Source: Candidatus Asgardarchaeum abyssi
GTDB taxonomy: Archaea; Asgardarchaeota; Asgardarchaeia; Asgardarchaeales; Asgardarchaeaceae
Direction of reading: 5' to 3'
DNA: 17,404 nt
Assembly: GCA_040225955.1 (NCBI GenBank)
Contig: JBECUL010000044.1
Coordinates: 1 to 17,404 of the forward strand
The notes beneath the pieces were generated by a model that saw only the letters and a list, made by a program, of their open reading frames with translations, was not told where the DNA came from and ran no database searches. Every line of letters begins with the position of its first letter. The stretch's first letter is position 1. The position numbers and the translations under genes are program-made. This document shows positions 9,701 to 17,043 of the stretch, piece after piece.

Positions 9701-11601
9701 CATCCCATAAAAATGGAAGCTACACACTCACTCTGAGTGCTGTTAATATACCAATTGGGAACTATACTCTTGTTACAATAGTAAATGACGCATATTATGG
9801 CATATACTTAAATAGCTATAATATAACGGTAAAAGGAGAAATCGAAGCAGTAATATCTGTACCTGAGACTGTAATAAGAGGGGGACCACTGCTCATAAAT
9901 GTAACCTTAATAGATCAGTATGGATTTCCAGTAATTAACGCTAATGTTACTGCGTCTATAGAAGGCGAAATTCACCATCCAGTAGAGGTTGTTAGAAACA
10001 TGTATTTATTCTTAATAAACACAGAGAACTTAACAGTAGGTAGTCGTGATATCATAATAATGGCTAATCACAGTTTTGCGATAATGCAGTTGCAGATTCC
10101 ATCGAGTATTAATATTATAGGAATTCCTCACATTGAAATAAAGGGTAGAGGAATTACAGAATCTCCAGTTATTCAAGGAGAATCGTTTTCCGTTAGATTA
10201 ACATTGTATGATAACTATCAGACACCTGTTGCTGGAGGAAGAATTACCGCATATTTCTTCGGCAGACCATACACGTTTACAGACCTAGGAAATGGTACTT
10301 ACATTGTAACAATATCTACTCAAGATATCCCTGGAGGAAACCACTCATTATTAATCGAAGTTACTCATGATTTCCTAGAAAAGAGCTTCTTCTCAGCTAA
10401 TGTGACTATAATTGGTGTGCCAAATATTAATTTGCAAATCTCACCTGCAATCATTGTGCAACAGTCGATAATGAATGTAACAATAACTGCTACCGATATT
10501 TTTGGTTATCCAATATCTGGTGCTAATGTTGTAGTCTCTTTTGCTGGTAGGAACTTTGTTGCTGAGAACATTCATGATAATGTCTATATTGCTATGATTA
10601 ATGTAGGGAATATTCATCATGGCGAATATGAAATATCGGTGAGATTTACTGCTGCTTATCATCAAGAAATAGAAGTTTCAGAATATATTTTTGTATATCC
10701 TCAAATTCCAAAACTTGATCTATCACCTAGGGCATTAATGATGCTTCTCGGAATATCAATAGGTGCATCATTTGTTGGTTTAATAATTTACTACAATATT
10801 TCATCAAGGCTTGTTAGAAGCTTCTCGGTGGACGAGCAAGGAAAACTTATTATGAGCTTTAAACCACTTGACACGTTATACTATTTCTTTACAGCATTGC
10901 TTTTCATAACAATAATCGTTGCTGCTAATTTATATCGCATGCATCTCTATGAGGCATCTGTAGCAGCTCTTGGATTAGCATTGGTGGAGATACTTTTAGT
11001 TCATGGAATTTGGCTCTATAGGGATACAGCGTATACATTAATAAATGAGAAATTGCCGATCATTAGAATGCTTATAGGGCTTTGGCACCTAATTCTAGCA
11101 CCGATAATAATTTTTGGAATCTTCATATGGGGTATCAACATTGAATGGTTCTCATTCTATCTATTGAAGGATGTCATAAATATAGGCGGATTGATACTGC
11201 CGTCACTGTATGTTAGCTTAATGGGCACATATGTGACATCAATTATCGTCTTAACAATAAATATCTATCTCAATTCAAGAAGTCTTAAGAATCGCTTTAG
11301 CGAAATGAGAGATAGTGGAACACCAGAAAAAGTGATTAACGAAGAGAAAGTAATACAGCTTGATAAAATGTCTGGCTCTATAAGAATAAAGTTCTTTGTA
11401 TTCCTAGCAATATTGGGTGCCAGCATAGTCACAACAGCAACGCCACTATTACAATACTATCAACTAGGTGTTGTTGTGGTATTGCCTCTCATATTTATAG
11501 TTGTTGTACCATATATAATTTCGAAAGTTCTAAAAGCCCTTGGATTCGCAAGACGAGTAATAAAGAAAATTACAGTAGTATCACAGTCGCAATCTCAATG
11601 A
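6715..11601 (+). CDS. Giant cell-surface protein: signal peptide, FG-GAP-like propeller, Ig-like domain, second FG-GAP-like propeller, 4 Ig-like repeats, ~7-TM membrane domain
   Basis: Signal MKVKVALLSAIFLILLIAPLA; many D/N-x-D-x-D-like loops (NLDSDDYDEV, DLNLDNYDDIV, GDFDADSSTEI, GDIDSDGINEI, DCNYDGLKEL, NFDEDSYEDL); four ~95-aa repeats; seven hydrophobic segments at 10732-11520; dense N-x-S/T sequons in the ectodomain. Confidence 0.88.
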   Translation: MKVKVALLSAIFLILLIAPLATNSWLFTSVKTPSDSLFQSSVEKEEDHATPSIHTNQDEFENLTAIKIKYPYSYAFSYTTLGNFKDGAELEVAGIKSEYGYVCFFDIATKTIFAINNDTKGDRFINGIAIATANLDSDDYDEVFYMNVSGYIFLIDNNATTLKMLRLQLSDKIGEVYRLIITDLNLDNYDDIVVYGRTYSEDFVAAINGDSQSFLFNFTMSQYAIRGVTVGNFDNSPGLEIAIAYNNNTVAIYTPSLSLIRRANVLESIYSLYTISNSSWHYDALILLCLDVAGSIKIYNATTLTNMGYQANIGSCTPEIAVTGDFDADSSTEIAITTWTTGEAGLVIFDLNTNNITKAMILFNVPIIAINSGKITADDTDDLVVSSSEESYVFKGVRSQKANIAFLRKIDEPTYIHKVSIAQYDTGLMDVFIHTTKYLYIYRSDSKPPRVYDVRTYPIRPTVEDSFFYVSALVMDESEFSDPLLTYNFTSLDGTLIYTNMKKTMAPESHASNTYLAYFFDLSPGVYTFKIKVVDGYDNIAVFDNNGSMYSVTIYSKRIFKHKLQNDFIRSAHPIDVGEIDGQSFSEVAVALNENITIVWGNNSISAPITYANADYAQVYLEDIDGVPGDDIILYCYNTSISAYQIKVFSGSTFSLILKRTYLSEISKFAFGDIDSDGINEIILVENINSTTNRLIAIDILTNTTIIEYYVPQVFCLGVYNVTLDSYMDIAILTVGQNSLSFNLTVFAGENNLKQLYSYNSSVNYAIYEAYLFMDTFVTSNYSQFVIAIGAGTGLVYIINATNGVYISGSTLTYLTGLAVVDCNYDGLKELSFLLYDNTLMVVDIARNMTLLTKKTLLPSTPLAVFWTNFDEDSYEDLVYVLPDSIAIYSLINDRYEIVPFPFRVIVASAVGDFFELPSNDICILSEDSVLEKYININMFYRANVSVTISSSTVVQGGSIDVKVYVENVFNDPITESDITAFLIFNDTILQSSSFTSHKNGSYTLTLSAVNIPIGNYTLVTIVNDAYYGIYLNSYNITVKGEIEAVISVPETVIRGGPLLINVTLIDQYGFPVINANVTASIEGEIHHPVEVVRNMYLFLINTENLTVGSRDIIIMANHSFAIMQLQIPSSINIIGIPHIEIKGRGITESPVIQGESFSVRLTLYDNYQTPVAGGRITAYFFGRPYTFTDLGNGTYIVTISTQDIPGGNHSLLIEVTHDFLEKSFFSANVTIIGVPNINLQISPAIIVQQSIMNVTITATDIFGYPISGANVVVSFAGRNFVAENIHDNVYIAMINVGNIHHGEYEISVRFTAAYHQEIEVSEYIFVYPQIPKLDLSPRALMMLLGISIGASFVGLIIYYNISSRLVRSFSVDEQGKLIMSFKPLDTLYYFFTALLFITIIVAANLYRMHLYEASVAALGLALVEILLVHGIWLYRDTAYTLINEKLPIIRMLIGLWHLILAPIIIFGIFIWGINIEWFSFYLLKDVINIGGLILPSLYVSLMGTYVTSIIVLTINIYLNSRSLKNRFSEMRDSGTPEKVINEEKVIQLDKMSGSIRIKFFVFLAILGASIVTTATPLLQYYQLGVVVVLPLIFIVVVPYIISKVLKALGFARRVIKKITVVSQSQSQ
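9541..10698 (+). repeat. Four tandem Ig-like protein repeats (9541-9837, 9838-10122, 10123-10416, 10417-10698)
   Basis: Shared pattern V-x-Q/R-G..V/L..D/N-x-Y/F-x-x-P-I/V..A-N-V..N-G-x-Y..I..G-x-Y/H..I-x-I/V-x-G. Clear at protein level, diverged at DNA level. Confidence 0.8.
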
Positions 11602-11616
11602 TCTTTTTTATTTTTG
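11601..11616 (+). terminator. Oligo-T terminator after the giant gene
   Basis: TCTTTTTTATTTTT directly after the TGA stop. Confidence 0.5.
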
Positions 11617-11698
11617 CAATTTTTGATTAATCTGTTCCAATGACAACCTTATTATATATCTACAATCTCTATTGTACATTAGGCCGAGGAGGATTATT

Positions 11699-13087
11699 AT
11701 GATTGATCTGTCAAGAATAGTTAAATATCTCAACAAATTAAATGTCGACTTTGGAGACGTTAGATTTGAAAATAGACTTTTTTCAGAGATAAGAGTCGTT
11801 AATGGAAACATCAGAAGCATCTCTAAGAGTTTTCAAAGTGGAATTAGTATCAGGGCTTTGAAAAAAGGTGCTTGGGGTTATTCTTCAACAACTAATCTTT
11901 CATGGGAAAATATAAAATCGAAAGCAGAGGAAGCCTATAGACTTGCAAAGGTAGCTTCTGAGAAACAAAAACGTACAACCAAAATTGAACTTGATATAAA
12001 ACCAATTGTTAAACACTTGAAACCAAATATAAAGAAAAACCCGGCTGACATTTCAATGGAGGATAAATTGAGTCTCCTCTTTGACCTTGATGACATTCAA
12101 AGAAAGTTCGATTCAAGAATTGTTAATAGCAATACGGTATACCGAGAATCTGTAGTAGAAAACAAGTTTGCTAACACTATTGGAAGTGACCTAGAATGGA
12201 CCGAAGTGAGAGTGTCTCTTATGATCGCATCATTTGCCCGTGAGGAAGGTAAACTCCAATATTCCTATGATATGGAATCAGGAACAAAAGGATATGAGCT
12301 TATAGAGTCTATTGATCTCTCTGAATTTGGCTCAAAAGTACCAAAAGAGGCTATAGATTTATTATCTGCCGACAAACCACCATCTGGTGTTCTTACTGTT
12401 ATTGCAGATCCAAGTATAGCTGGGCTTCTTGCGCATGAAGTTATGGGGCATGCATCAGAGGCTGATGAGATTGTTAAACGAAGAAGTTTCCTAACAGATA
12501 TGGTCGGCAAGCAAGTTGCTAGCGAATTAATTACTATGATGGATGATGGAACAGTAGAAGGAGCCTACGGAAGCATACCTTTCGATAGTGAAGGAACACC
12601 TTCTGAAAGAACAGTTATAATTGAGAATGGTATATACAAGGGATATATGCATAGTCTTGAAACAGCAGCAATACTTGGAGCTAAGCCTACTGGAAATGGT
12701 CGTGCTCAAGATTTTAACCGAAGAGTTTGGGTTCGCATGAGAAATACCTTTTTCGAGGCTGGTGATTGGAACTTAGATGAGATGATCGAAGATACAAAAA
12801 GTGGATTGCTGGCTTTAAAAGCTGTTAGTGGTATGGAAGACCCTACTGGTGGAGGATTTGAAGCGAGAGCGCTGATGGGATATATAATCGAAAATGGTGA
12901 GAAGAAGAATCTTGTTAGGGCTTTAACGCTTACTGGCAAGGCTCTGGAAATATTAAAAACAGTGGACGCTGTAAGTAAAGACTTCAAACTGGATGGAGGA
13001 TTCTGTGGCAAGGGGGAAGAGGATTGGGTTCCTGTAACCACAGGAGGTGCTTATATTAGAGCGAGAATTATTGTAGGAGGCGGATAG
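11699..13087 (+). CDS. tldD: TldD family metalloprotease subunit
   Basis: GISIRAL..GAWGYSST, LAHEVMGHASEAD (HExxGH), FDSEGTP, PTGNGRAQ..VRMRNTFFEAG, GFCGKG..VPVTTGG. GAGGAGG at 11686-11692 supports ATG 11699. Confidence 0.93.
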   Translation: MIDLSRIVKYLNKLNVDFGDVRFENRLFSEIRVVNGNIRSISKSFQSGISIRALKKGAWGYSSTTNLSWENIKSKAEEAYRLAKVASEKQKRTTKIELDIKPIVKHLKPNIKKNPADISMEDKLSLLFDLDDIQRKFDSRIVNSNTVYRESVVENKFANTIGSDLEWTEVRVSLMIASFAREEGKLQYSYDMESGTKGYELIESIDLSEFGSKVPKEAIDLLSADKPPSGVLTVIADPSIAGLLAHEVMGHASEADEIVKRRSFLTDMVGKQVASELITMMDDGTVEGAYGSIPFDSEGTPSERTVIIENGIYKGYMHSLETAAILGAKPTGNGRAQDFNRRVWVRMRNTFFEAGDWNLDEMIEDTKSGLLALKAVSGMEDPTGGGFEARALMGYIIENGEKKNLVRALTLTGKALEILKTVDAVSKDFKLDGGFCGKGEEDWVPVTTGGAYIRARIIVGGG

Positions 13088-13088
13088 C

Positions 13089-14447
13089 ATGAGTGACATA
13101 TGGAAAATTGAAAGTATAAATGATAAGGCTTTGAAAATCGGATTAAAGGAAGGGGTTTCTCAAATTGAAGTATTTTCCATTAATGGACATATGCGAAATG
13201 TGTATGTTGAAAACAGTGAGATTCATTTGGCAACCGATAATTCATGGATGGGTCTGGGAGTAAAGGCTATTATTGGAAAAAGAGTAGGCTTTATCTCCGG
13301 GATAATATCAAAAGATGAGGATATAGAACGGATAGTAAAAGAAAGTATTTCACTTGCGAAAATTAGTCCTGAGGATAAGGATTTCAAAAGTTTACCTTCA
13401 CCAGCAAAAGTGCAAGGAATAAAAGATATTGGATATGATGAGAATATTGTTAGTACTTCCATGGATTATTTTATAGAATTTGCAAAAAATGTTGTAAGCG
13501 CTGCTGAACATGATGATGTAAAAGTTATGAATGGTCTTGTAAGAGTAAATAACTATACACTTTGCATATCAAATTCTCTGGGGATTAACCTAAGTAGAAG
13601 AGGGACATTCATATTTGTACATTTCCTAGCTAAAAAAGAGATAGCTGAGGGTGTTGAGAAGGTGTATTCTGCGATACTTAAAAATTTGGATCCTTCTAAA
13701 ATTGGAGAAGAACTGCACAGAAAAACCGTTATATCGGCTAAAGCAAAAGCGTTCAAAGGAGCCGAAAAAGTAACAACAATAATCAAACCATTAGAGTTAG
13801 AAGCACTAATAAACAGCACTGTTAGCTCAGCTGCTAGCGGTGAAAACATAAATAAGAAGAGAAGCGTCTGGCTTAATAAAATAGGTGAAAATGTAGCTTC
13901 GGAAATGTTAACAATTATTGATAATCCTTTCCTACCAGAAGGCCCTAGAAGCAGTCTATTTGATGATGAGGGGGTTCCAACAAAGAAAAAAGCGATAATT
14001 GAAAAAGGAGTTTTGAAATCGTATCTTTTCGACTCATATAACGCATATATAGCAAATGTCGAACCTACAGGAAATGGCTTTAGAATTGATACAAGAACCA
14101 TAGAAACGGCACATCAGAATCCAACATATTGTAGACCTTCTAACTTGGAAATATTACCAACCAGTAAAACTTTGGATGATCTAATAAGTGAAATAAAATT
14201 TGGTGTCCTTATTGAGAAATTTGCAGCTCCAATGGCTGACCCATATACTGGTAATTTCGGACTTGAGGTTAGAAGTGCTATTCTAATAGAGAATGGAGAA
14301 CTTACACAACCAATTAGGCACGCTCTACTAACGGGTAACTTTTATGAGGGTTTAAAGAACATATCAGGAATAGCAAATGATTCTCGTCTTATAGAGAACG
14401 TCAAGACTCCATCCATTCGCTTTGAAGGTTTTCAACTAGTAGGATAA
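13089..14447 (+). CDS. pmbA: PmbA/TldE family subunit
   Basis: Starts 1 nt after the tldD stop; GENVASEMLTIIDNP, FDDEGVPT, IIEKGVLKSYL, PTGNG, PSNLEI, TGNF, IENGEL; lacks HExxxH as expected for TldE. Confidence 0.9.
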   Translation: MSDIWKIESINDKALKIGLKEGVSQIEVFSINGHMRNVYVENSEIHLATDNSWMGLGVKAIIGKRVGFISGIISKDEDIERIVKESISLAKISPEDKDFKSLPSPAKVQGIKDIGYDENIVSTSMDYFIEFAKNVVSAAEHDDVKVMNGLVRVNNYTLCISNSLGINLSRRGTFIFVHFLAKKEIAEGVEKVYSAILKNLDPSKIGEELHRKTVISAKAKAFKGAEKVTTIIKPLELEALINSTVSSAASGENINKKRSVWLNKIGENVASEMLTIIDNPFLPEGPRSSLFDDEGVPTKKKAIIEKGVLKSYLFDSYNAYIANVEPTGNGFRIDTRTIETAHQNPTYCRPSNLEILPTSKTLDDLISEIKFGVLIEKFAAPMADPYTGNFGLEVRSAILIENGELTQPIRHALLTGNFYEGLKNISGIANDSRLIENVKTPSIRFEGFQLVG

Positions 14448-14478
14448 AAATTCTTTGCAGATTTTCTTAATATTAACG

Positions 14479-14883
14479 CTATGGTAATCTATTAAATCCA
14501 ACTTTATTAAAATGAGAATCAAAAGCAAATACATTTTTTATATTAAATAGTTCCATTATTGCAAAGCTTGTGCAATCAGTAAAACTTAATTTCAAGTCCT
14601 TAAACTTCTTAGCGTATTGCATAGCTTTTCTAAATATCGATTCGTCAACCCAGATTACTCTTATACTCTCGCTTTTTAACACCTTATCGAGAAAAGACAA
14701 TGCTGTAATAGCGTTTTTTCTGATTCGAAGTAAAGTATACGTCTCATCCAAAATATAATCACTTGTAATAAGAGTTCCGTATTTATTTTGCCTTAGTTCA
14801 TTTAAAAGTAGCCTTGCATGTTTGTGATTGATATCCGATGTAACCTCAAGCGCATAAAAAGCACTAGTATCTATGAAAATCAT
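14479..14883 (-). CDS. vapC: VapC PIN-domain toxin
   Basis: MIFIDTSAFYAL, TSDYILDETYT, LSFTDCTSFAIM, FAFDSHF: all four acidic PIN residues present. Start at ATG 14883 follows GGTGAG at the end of the antitoxin gene (ATG 14895 is an alternative). Confidence 0.92.
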   Translation of the reverse strand: MIFIDTSAFYALEVTSDINHKHARLLLNELRQNKYGTLITSDYILDETYTLLRIRKNAITALSFLDKVLKSESIRVIWVDESIFRKAMQYAKKFKDLKLSFTDCTSFAIMELFNIKNVFAFDSHFNKVGFNRLP

Positions 14884-14884
14884 T

Positions 14885-15115
14885 TCACTCACCATAAAGT
14901 ACTCTATCATGTTCCTCAGAGGTTTTTTCAATTTTCTTCTTATCATCTACTAAGGGGGGTTCAGTAAAAATAGGATCATTAGGATTGACCTCTTCTTCAA
15001 TAAGCTTCCTAATGGCTTCTCTGACTAATTCCTTTATACTTTTTTTTCTTTTCTTGGATAGTTGCTTTAGTAATTGATATTCTATTTCATTTAATGAAGT
15101 TTGAACAATTTTCAA
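14885..15115 (-). CDS. vapB: CopG/ribbon-helix-helix VapB-type antitoxin
   Basis: KIVQTSLNEIEYQLLKQLSKKRKKSIKELVREAIRKLI (RHH pattern), then DPIF and SEEHDRVLYGE tail; directly upstream of vapC. TTG 15115 with upstream GGTG preferred; ATG 15136 is an alternative. Confidence 0.85.
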   Translation of the reverse strand: MKIVQTSLNEIEYQLLKQLSKKRKKSIKELVREAIRKLIEEEVNPNDPIFTEPPLVDDKKKIEKTSEEHDRVLYGE

Positions 15116-15239
15116 ATCAATACACCATTTTTTCATTTTTCATCTTTAATGATTAATATTACATGTTTATTTTCTTTAATTTCCTTAAAATATTTTTTAT
15201 CCTTTTTCCTAATAATATAAGAATGAAGGTAAATAAACG

Positions 15240-15722
15240 ATGATGACGATAAAAGATGCGTTTAAACAGATATGCATCCATAGCTCGAGTATAGAGTTCT
15301 TTCCATCAGAAAATAACATAAAACATGTGAGAGCCGAATTTGCTTATTTTAGTATCGACGTAATTGAATATTTTATGAGTAACAAAGAAATGACCGTTAA
15401 TGCATTAAAATTTACCGAGCAGTATTTTAAGAAAGAACTAAAAGTAACCCTTAGAAAAGGGAAAGATATCAAGGGAGAGTATCTTCCCATTGAAAAGTTA
15501 AGAGAATCCGTGCTAATTGAAACCGATAATGAACATGTAAAAAGTAGCTTCTACGATGATTACTCTCTTCTTTATGTAGTTGTTAAAATAAAAAACTTGG
15601 ATAGAATTTCTGTACTGTGTCGCGACAATAAGGTGGCAGTGGAAATAATTTGTGAGAAGTTACCTGAGAACATCATAAATTCATTTGAAGCAACTAGAGT
15701 TATATGTCAAAAGCTAATTTAA
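15240..15722 (+). CDS. Hypothetical soluble alpha/beta protein
   Basis: 160-aa ORF filling the intergenic gap with host-like composition; no motif recognised. Confidence 0.7.
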   Translation: MMTIKDAFKQICIHSSSIEFFPSENNIKHVRAEFAYFSIDVIEYFMSNKEMTVNALKFTEQYFKKELKVTLRKGKDIKGEYLPIEKLRESVLIETDNEHVKSSFYDDYSLLYVVVKIKNLDRISVLCRDNKVAVEIICEKLPENIINSFEATRVICQKLI

Positions 15723-15796
15723 TATCATATAATAATCGTATTTTTCTTTAAAAAACCTTAAAAGAGTATTATGAGATAATATATTTTGGTGATTGC

Positions 15797-16471
15797 ATGA
15801 GAGATGAAGTGATACGATATAAAGTATTTCCAATGCTTACTTGGCTCATTATAGTAATGACTTTAAGCGCATATACAGTATCAAAAGCTCTCGCTGGTGC
15901 TTTTGGCATTAAGGCTCAAAGTGTGGCAGAAGAGATTCTTCTAAACCCGTTTGGTTTAATTGCTATAACGATATTGTATTTCGTTTTCTTCGCTATTGCT
16001 TATTTTACAGCCAAGATTAAAATTGTTAACTTAATAACATCAACGATGTTTTCACTTATAATGGGTGCTGGTTTATTCGGAACAGTATTTTTTGTGGCAG
16101 ATTTTATAAGTGCCCAAATAGTTCCAGAAGCTCTTATATTGACATCAGGTGTATTTGTACTGGCAGTAATTTACCAATGGGTAATGAAGAAAGATTTATC
16201 ACACTGGACCTGGTGGCTGTTTTTCTTATTACTTGTAGCAATAGGATTAACAGTTGCAGAAATCTTTGTTCAAGCGAGTTGGTTCAGAATAGCTGTTGAT
16301 TTAGGAGTTGTGGTTCTTTTTGTGTTTATAGTCATGTATGATACGTATCTGATTAGAGAGCGGATTCCTGATGAAAAATGGATACTTGGGGTCTTAAACT
16401 TTTTCTTAGACTTTGCAAATATACTAATTAGAATAATAGCGATACTGATCGAAATATACAGCCAGAGCTAA
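15797..16471 (+). CDS. Bax inhibitor-1/YccA (TMBIM) family membrane protein
   Basis: About seven TM segments; EALILTSGVF, KKDLS, LFVFIVMYDT..I, LNFFLDFANILIRI. GGTGAT RBS at 15788-15793. Confidence 0.88.
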   Translation: MRDEVIRYKVFPMLTWLIIVMTLSAYTVSKALAGAFGIKAQSVAEEILLNPFGLIAITILYFVFFAIAYFTAKIKIVNLITSTMFSLIMGAGLFGTVFFVADFISAQIVPEALILTSGVFVLAVIYQWVMKKDLSHWTWWLFFLLLVAIGLTVAEIFVQASWFRIAVDLGVVVLFVFIVMYDTYLIRERIPDEKWILGVLNFFLDFANILIRIIAILIEIYSQS

Positions 16472-16483
16472 AGTTAATGCATT

Positions 16484-16522
16484 GCTATTCTTCTATTTCT
16501 ATTTTCTCTTCTATTTTCTATA
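16484..16522 (+). terminator. Pyrimidine-rich low-complexity tract (CTATT(T)CT units), probable terminator
   Basis: Repeated ctatt/ttct units between convergent genes. Confidence 0.35.
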
Positions 16523-16565
16523 TTATATCATTATTAACTTAGTATATTATTCATCAGTAGTGCAA

Positions 16566-17043
16566 TTACTCTGCTTTAAATATTTTATCAAAGGTTTTCT
16601 TATCAGTATAAAATCCTAAATCAATTAAACGCTTATATAAAAAGCTAGGTGGCTCTCTCAAAATTCTTTTTTCGTACAGTTTCTTAAGGATCGAGAGGAC
16701 TCCAATAACTTCTAAACCTAGATCTCTAGCTAATTTCCGAGCTTTTTTATCGTCGAGTACTATAACTTTATTCTTCATAAAGGCTAAGAATATAGCCGAG
16801 GATTCACCAAGCCCGAGTCTAGGAAACCTCTTTCTAATATCTTCAATACTAATCTTACCTCACTAATAAGCCTAGTGAGCTCCACGTACACCTTATCCTT
16901 TTTCTTCTCTATTTCTTCAAGAACTCCACGAGGGACCTCTATTTTGTTAAATATATTGATTGCTTTTTCTAAAACACCCAGTTTAGCAATATTATAAGTG
17001 GTGATGAATTAAGTACTATTCTTAAAGACTCTTCTGTATGCAT
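16566..17043 (-). pseudogene. DUF3368-family PIN-like toxin, two frameshifts (near 16992 and 16858)
   Basis: Reconstructed in three frames: MHTEESLRIVLNSSPLI / IAKLGVLEKAINIFNKIEVPRGVLEEIEKKKDKVYVELTRLISE / GKISIEDIRKRFPRLGLGESSAIFLAFMKNKVIVLDDKKARKLARDLGLEVIGVLSIL. The ORF track shows only the last 70 aa. Confidence 0.88.

Noticed and set aside
11500-11550. Rhodopsin-type retinal lysine (IISKVL) in TM7
   Set aside because: The Lys lies at the cytoplasmic end of the helix, with no DxxxK motif and no recognisable TM3 counter-ion motif.
11581-11598. C-terminal SQSQSQ as a repeat or sorting signal
   Set aside because: Too short, uses mixed codons, and matches no motif I can support.
10600-11601. 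Calling the giant protein a true adhesion GPCR or class A GPCR
   Set aside because: No GAIN/GPS motif before TM1, no cysteines in the 7TM region for the TM3-ECL2 disulfide, and no NPxxY. The YRD at the end of TM3 (11017-11025) is only a reversed DRY and probably chance. The similarity is architectural only.
4516-14447. RiPP cluster (radical SAM plus TldD/E)
   Set aside because: The radical SAM is SPL-like without SPASM/RRE features, is divergent and about 6 kb from tldD, and no precursor peptide or YcaO is visible.
450-14758. Short antisense or overlapping ORFs in the track (450-764, 1246-1446, 2038-2280, 2576-2791, 2794-3018, 3110-3505, 7641-7841, 8646-8828, 9490-9708, 10441-10665, 11608-11820, 12265-12510, 12527-12709, 12706-13041, 13223-13462, 13553-14101, 14570-14758)
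   Set aside because: They are shadows of well-supported genes on the opposite strand, mostly with Ser/Phe/Leu-rich antisense composition and no motifs.
14884-14946. N-terminal extension of VapC to ATG 14946
   Set aside because: It would overlap the antitoxin by about 60 nt; the PIN fold begins at MIFIDT, which has an RBS directly upstream.
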